A DNA stretch of 64,000 nucleotides from Salinispira sp. (lineage in GTDB: Bacteria; Spirochaetota; Spirochaetia; DSM-27196; Salinispiraceae), in contig CBDDDG010000022.1 in the NCBI GenBank assembly GCA_965226555.1, positions 128,001 through 192,000 of the forward strand, read 5' to 3'. Numbering within the stretch: the first letter of the stretch is position 1; every line of letters begins with the position of its first letter. Shown here piece by piece: positions 60,308 to 64,000 of the stretch. A program made the translations under genes and the position numbers. The notes beneath the pieces are model-generated. The model ran no database searches, was not told the origin of the DNA, and was given only the letters and a program-made list of their open reading frames with translations.

Positions 60308-62754
60308 GCGGTCTCCTTAAATAAGTAGGTAATAACTTCACTGATATCTTCCACGAAAATAAGCTTCAGAGATTTCGTAACTTCAGGAGGAAGTTTCTCA
60401 CAGTCCTTTTCATTGCCGGCAGGCAGCAGTACCTGAGTAAATTCATTCCGATGCGCCGCGAGAACCTTCTCTTTTATGCCTCCAACGGGTAAAATGCGGC
60501 CGGTAAGTGTTATTTCACCGGTCATGGCAGTAAATGTCTGAATGGCCTTTCCCGAGAATACCGAGAGAAGGGCAGCGGAGATGGTTATTCCTGCGCTTGG
60601 TCCGTCCTTGGGAATAGCGCCCTCCGGAACATGGACATGAATATCGGACTTTTGGATGGTGCTGAAATCCGATGCAATTTTTTTCTGCTCAATAATTTTA
60701 CGAACTACCGAAAGGCCAATGCGCGCGCTTTCCTTCATTACATCGCCAAGGCTTCCGGTGAGCGTCATTTTTCCTGTTCCGTCTTTGTTGAGAATAATTG
60801 CCTCTATGGGAAGAAGTTTACCCCCGAGTTCAGTCCATGCCATGCCGTACACCAGCCCGGGGGGATTCTCCTTGAAGAGGAGGTCAATATCGAATTTTCT
60901 TGTTCCGAGAAATTTCTTAATATCCCGCGGCCCGATCTGGTATTTAAATTCCGGTAATGCCGTCTCCGGTTTTTCAGCGGGGATCTTATCGGATACTGTA
61001 TCATTCTGGCGAAGCTGATGTTCATTCTGCGGACGGGGAGGAATTTTTCCTTCCTCTACTGCCTTTCGGGCAATTTTACGCACTGCTTTTGCTATTTCGC
61101 GTTCAAGGTTTCTCACTCCGCTTTCACGGGTATACTTGTCTATAATCGTTCCTATCGCATTTTTGCTGAATGAGATGTCTGCCCATTCAAGGCCGTGTTC
61201 ATTGAGTTGCTTGGGAATAATGAAGCCCTCGGCGATTTTCAGTTTTTCTATGCGGGTATAGCCGGGTATCTGAATAATTTCCATTCTATCGAGAAGGGGG
61301 TAGGGAATGCCGTGGAGGCTATTTGCAGTTGTAATAAAAAATACCCGTGAAAGATCTACCGGAATTTCCATGTAATGATCATGAAATTGCCTGTTCTGCT
61401 CCGGATCAAGCACTTCCAGAAGCGCTGAGGCGGGATCGCCCCGGTGATCCGTTCCCAGTTTGTCAATTTCATCGAGCAGGAACACAGGGTTGGAAGTTTC
61501 AGCGCGCTTCAGTCCCTGAACAATTTTTCCCGGAAGGGCGCCGACGTAGGTTCGCCGATGTCCCCGAATTTCCGCCTCATCGCGTATTCCGCCCAAGCTG
61601 ACACGGACAAATTTTCGCCCCATTGCCCTGGCCAGACTTTTGCCGAGGCTCGTTTTTCCGGTTCCCGGCGGTCCGACAAAGCAGAGAATAGGTCCCTTAA
61701 GGTTTTTATTCATCTGAAGAACTGCGAGGAAATCGAGTATTCTGTCCTTTGGTTCTTCCATATCGTAGTGATCTTCATTGAGAATTCTGTCTGCTTCTTC
61801 AATGCTGATAATATCCTCACTGTGCTTCATCCATGGGAGAGATGTAATCCATTCAAGATAACCGCGGAGAATTCCTGCTTCAGGGCTGATCGGCTGCAGC
61901 CGTTTAAGCCGTTTCAGCTCAGTATTTGCCTTGTCGTGTACCTCGGGTGGAAATTCTCTTTCACTGAGCAGGTGCTCAAACTCTTTTATACCGTCTGAAT
62001 CCTCATCCTTGCCAAGTTCCTTATTGAGTTCCTTTATCTGTTCATTAATAACAAATTCTCTGTGACTTTCATGCATGCGTTTTTTTACCCGCCGGCTGAT
62101 ATCTTCTTTCAGATTAAGGACATTCTTTTCAGATTCCAGTTCCAGCGCGAGATTATCCATACGATCCATAGTATTAAGATTGTTAAAAAATGACAGTTTT
62201 TTCTGGTAGGGCATATTGATATGAGCAAGAATTTGATCCATGAGATTATGCGGTTCATGTGAGTTGTCAACAGCCTGAAGCATTTCACGGGGAATACGCT
62301 TATTCTTGCCAGCAAAGGTTCTGAAATTTTCCTGCAGAGCCTTCATGCGTATTTTGACTTCGTCATTCAGATAATTATTGACAACGGCAATTTCACCAAA
62401 AGCTCTGAAATTCCCCTGCTCTTCTTCTATATGGCTCAGGTGGATTCTCTGCATGCCTTCCAGCAATACGCGGGAATTATTGTTCGGCAGCCGCAGCACC
62501 TGAACAATTCTTGCAAGTGTGGCATATTCATTGAGATTTTCAAGAACAAGACGAGTATCGCTGCCATTATAGTAGGCCAGTACAACAATACGCTTACTGC
62601 CCATTGCCTCTTCAATAGATTGAAGAGCGGCATTCCGCTGCACATACACGGGAGATGATGATTGCGGGAAGAGTACCATATCTTTTGTGGCAACCAGAGG
62701 AAATATTTTTTCCGGAGCCGGAGTTTTTTTTATTTTTGAAAATATCTTCATCAT
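60304..62754 (-). CDS. lon: ATP-dependent protease La
   Basis: 'GPPGTGKTS', '[11 protein letters not shown]', 'PKDGPSAG', 'GGIKEK'. Confidence 0.98.
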   Translation of the reverse strand: MMKIFSKIKKTPAPEKIFPLVATKDMVLFPQSSSPVYVQRNAALQSIEEAMGSKRIVVLAYYNGSDTRLVLENLNEYATLARIVQVLRLPNNNSRVLLEGMQRIHLSHIEEEQGNFRAFGEIAVVNNYLNDEVKIRMKALQENFRTFAGKNKRIPREMLQAVDNSHEPHNLMDQILAHINMPYQKKLSFFNNLNTMDRMDNLALELESEKNVLNLKEDISRRVKKRMHESHREFVINEQIKELNKELGKDEDSDGIKEFEHLLSEREFPPEVHDKANTELKRLKRLQPISPEAGILRGYLEWITSLPWMKHSEDIISIEEADRILNEDHYDMEEPKDRILDFLAVLQMNKNLKGPILCFVGPPGTGKTSLGKSLARAMGRKFVRVSLGGIRDEAEIRGHRRTYVGALPGKIVQGLKRAETSNPVFLLDEIDKLGTDHRGDPASALLEVLDPEQNRQFHDHYMEIPVDLSRVFFITTANSLHGIPYPLLDRMEIIQIPGYTRIEKLKIAEGFIIPKQLNEHGLEWADISFSKNAIGTIIDKYTRESGVRNLEREIAKAVRKIARKAVEEGKIPPRPQNEHQLRQNDTVSDKIPAEKPETALPEFKYQIGPRDIKKFLGTRKFDIDLLFKENPPGLVYGMAWTELGGKLLPIEAIILNKDGTGKMTLTGSLGDVMKESARIGLSVVRKIIEQKKIASDFSTIQKSDIHVHVPEGAIPKDGPSAGITISAALLSVFSGKAIQTFTAMTGEITLTGRILPVGGIKEKVLAAHRNEFTQVLLPAGNEKDCEKLPPEVTKSLKLIFVEDISEVITYLFKETA

Positions 62755-62806
62755 CTGCCCCGCAGCTCTCAGTGCCTATTGCCTACATTCACATTAGAAT
62801 ACCTGT

Positions 62807-64000
62807 TCAGGCAGTTTTCTTCTGTCCGGTAATAATCTGCGCTTCCGTCGATGTATTAATTACCTCTTCGGAAACAATTACTTCTGTTACGTCTTTGAGA
62901 GAAGGAATTTCAAACATGGTTTCCAGCATTGCACCTTCAACAATTGCCCGGAGTCCACGGGCGCCGGTTTTGAGTTTAACCGCCATGGCGGCAATTGCCC
63001 GAATTGCATCATCGGTAAAGGTGAGCTTTATATTATCGAGACTGAGGCCTGCGGTGTACTGCCGGATAACAGAATTCTTCGGTTCCGTCAGAATGTTTAT
63101 CAGATCCTTTTCGTTCAGTTCATGTAATGCGACATGGATGGGCAGTCTGCCGATAAACTCGGGAATAAGGCCGAATTTAACCAGATCAGTGGGATGAAGT
63201 AAGCTGAAAAGAGAATCTGTTGTTTTATTGCGCGGGCGCGCATCTGTCTTAAAGCCAAGGGGATGTTCAAGCACCCTGTGTTCAATTATTTTGTCTAAGC
63301 CGACAAAGGAACCTCCGCATATGAATAAAATGTTGGTCGTATCAATCCGTATCAATTCCTGATTAGGATGCTTACGTCCCCCATTCGGAGGAACAGAGGC
63401 AACCGTACCCTCAATAATCTTGAGCAGGGACTGCTGCACCCCCTCGCCGCTGACATCGCGGGTAATGGAGACATTTTCGCTCTTTCTGCCAACCTTATCT
63501 ATTTCATCAATATAAATGATACCTCGTTCGGTGGCGGCAATGTTTTGTCCGGAGGCATGATACAATTTGAGAAGAATGTTCTCCACATCTTCCCCAACAT
63601 AACCGGCTTCCGTGAGTGTTGTGGCATCGGCAATTGCAAAGGGAATTTTGAGTTTCCGCGCCAGTGTTTTTGCCAGCAGGGTTTTACCGGTACCGGTCGG
63701 GCCGAGCAGGAGAACGTTGGACTTTTCTATTTCAACATCTTCCATCTCTCTCGATTCCTGACTAATTCTCTTATAATGGTTGTACACGGCGACCGAGAGA
63801 ACCTTTTTTGCCTGATCCTGGCCAATAAGATAGGTATCTAAGTAGGTCTTTATTTCCCGCGGGCTCGGTATATTCATGGAAAAGTCGGCAGTATTCTGAA
63901 TTTCTTCATTCAGAATGTTGCGGCATTCCTGTACGCAGTCATCGCAGATATATATTCCCGGCCGCAGCCCTGCAATGAGACGGTGAGCCAAATTTCCCGG
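62807..64000 (-). CDS. clpX: ATP-dependent Clp protease ATP-binding subunit (5' end outside window)
   Basis: 'ICDDC', 'AVYNHYKR', 'GPTGTGKT', '[12 protein letters not shown]', 'GARGLR'. Confidence 0.98.
   Translation of the reverse strand, partial: PGNLAHRLIAGLRPGIYICDDCVQECRNILNEEIQNTADFSMNIPSPREIKTYLDTYLIGQDQAKKVLSVAVYNHYKRISQESREMEDVEIEKSNVLLLGPTGTGKTLLAKTLARKLKIPFAIADATTLTEAGYVGEDVENILLKLYHASGQNIAATERGIIYIDEIDKVGRKSENVSITRDVSGEGVQQSLLKIIEGTVASVPPNGGRKHPNQELIRIDTTNILFICGGSFVGLDKIIEHRVLEHPLGFKTDARPRNKTTDSLFSLLHPTDLVKFGLIPEFIGRLPIHVALHELNEKDLINILTEPKNSVIRQYTAGLSLDNIKLTFTDDAIRAIAAMAVKLKTGARGLRAIVEGAMLETMFEIPSLKDVTEVIVSEEVINTSTEAQIITGQKKTA

Overview
64 kb of bacterial chromosome, most likely from a spirochaete. 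This is inferred from the 'LFGGGSGES'-type solute-binding-protein leader, the FemX, PilZ and large TPR proteins, and the lipoprotein style. The surface proteins and gene erosion suggest a host-associated lineage. Intact housekeeping genes (purB, purA, metG, pepF, rdgB, DHH phosphoesterase, lon, clpX) alternate with accessory blocks. (1) A tandem pair of genes shares one extracytoplasmic sensor domain, fused in one case to an MFS transporter and in the other to a HAMP/class III nucleotidyl cyclase. (2) A LolA/LolDE-like ABC operon with a probable outer-membrane barrel. (3) A putative defence island with an Rpn remnant, three dynamin-like GTPases (LeoA/LeoBC-like plus a third) and a PD-(D/E)XK nuclease. 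(4) A decaying pentoside-utilisation locus. (5) Repeat-rich surface lipoproteins, one a collapsed mini-paralogue with a poly-C tract right after its start codon. (6) A complete IS3 with a 4-bp target duplication that interrupts an unannotated 76-aa gene. (7) McrBC. Window-wide patterns include a dispersed palindromic element (AAAGTTTTGC...GCAAAACTTT) in many intergenic spaces, frequent short tandem duplications, internally deleted gene relics, clustered frameshifts (real decay or sequencing error, not resolvable here) and several apparently leaderless genes. No rRNA, tRNA or CRISPR array was recognised. All family assignments come from motif recognition by eye, not database searches.
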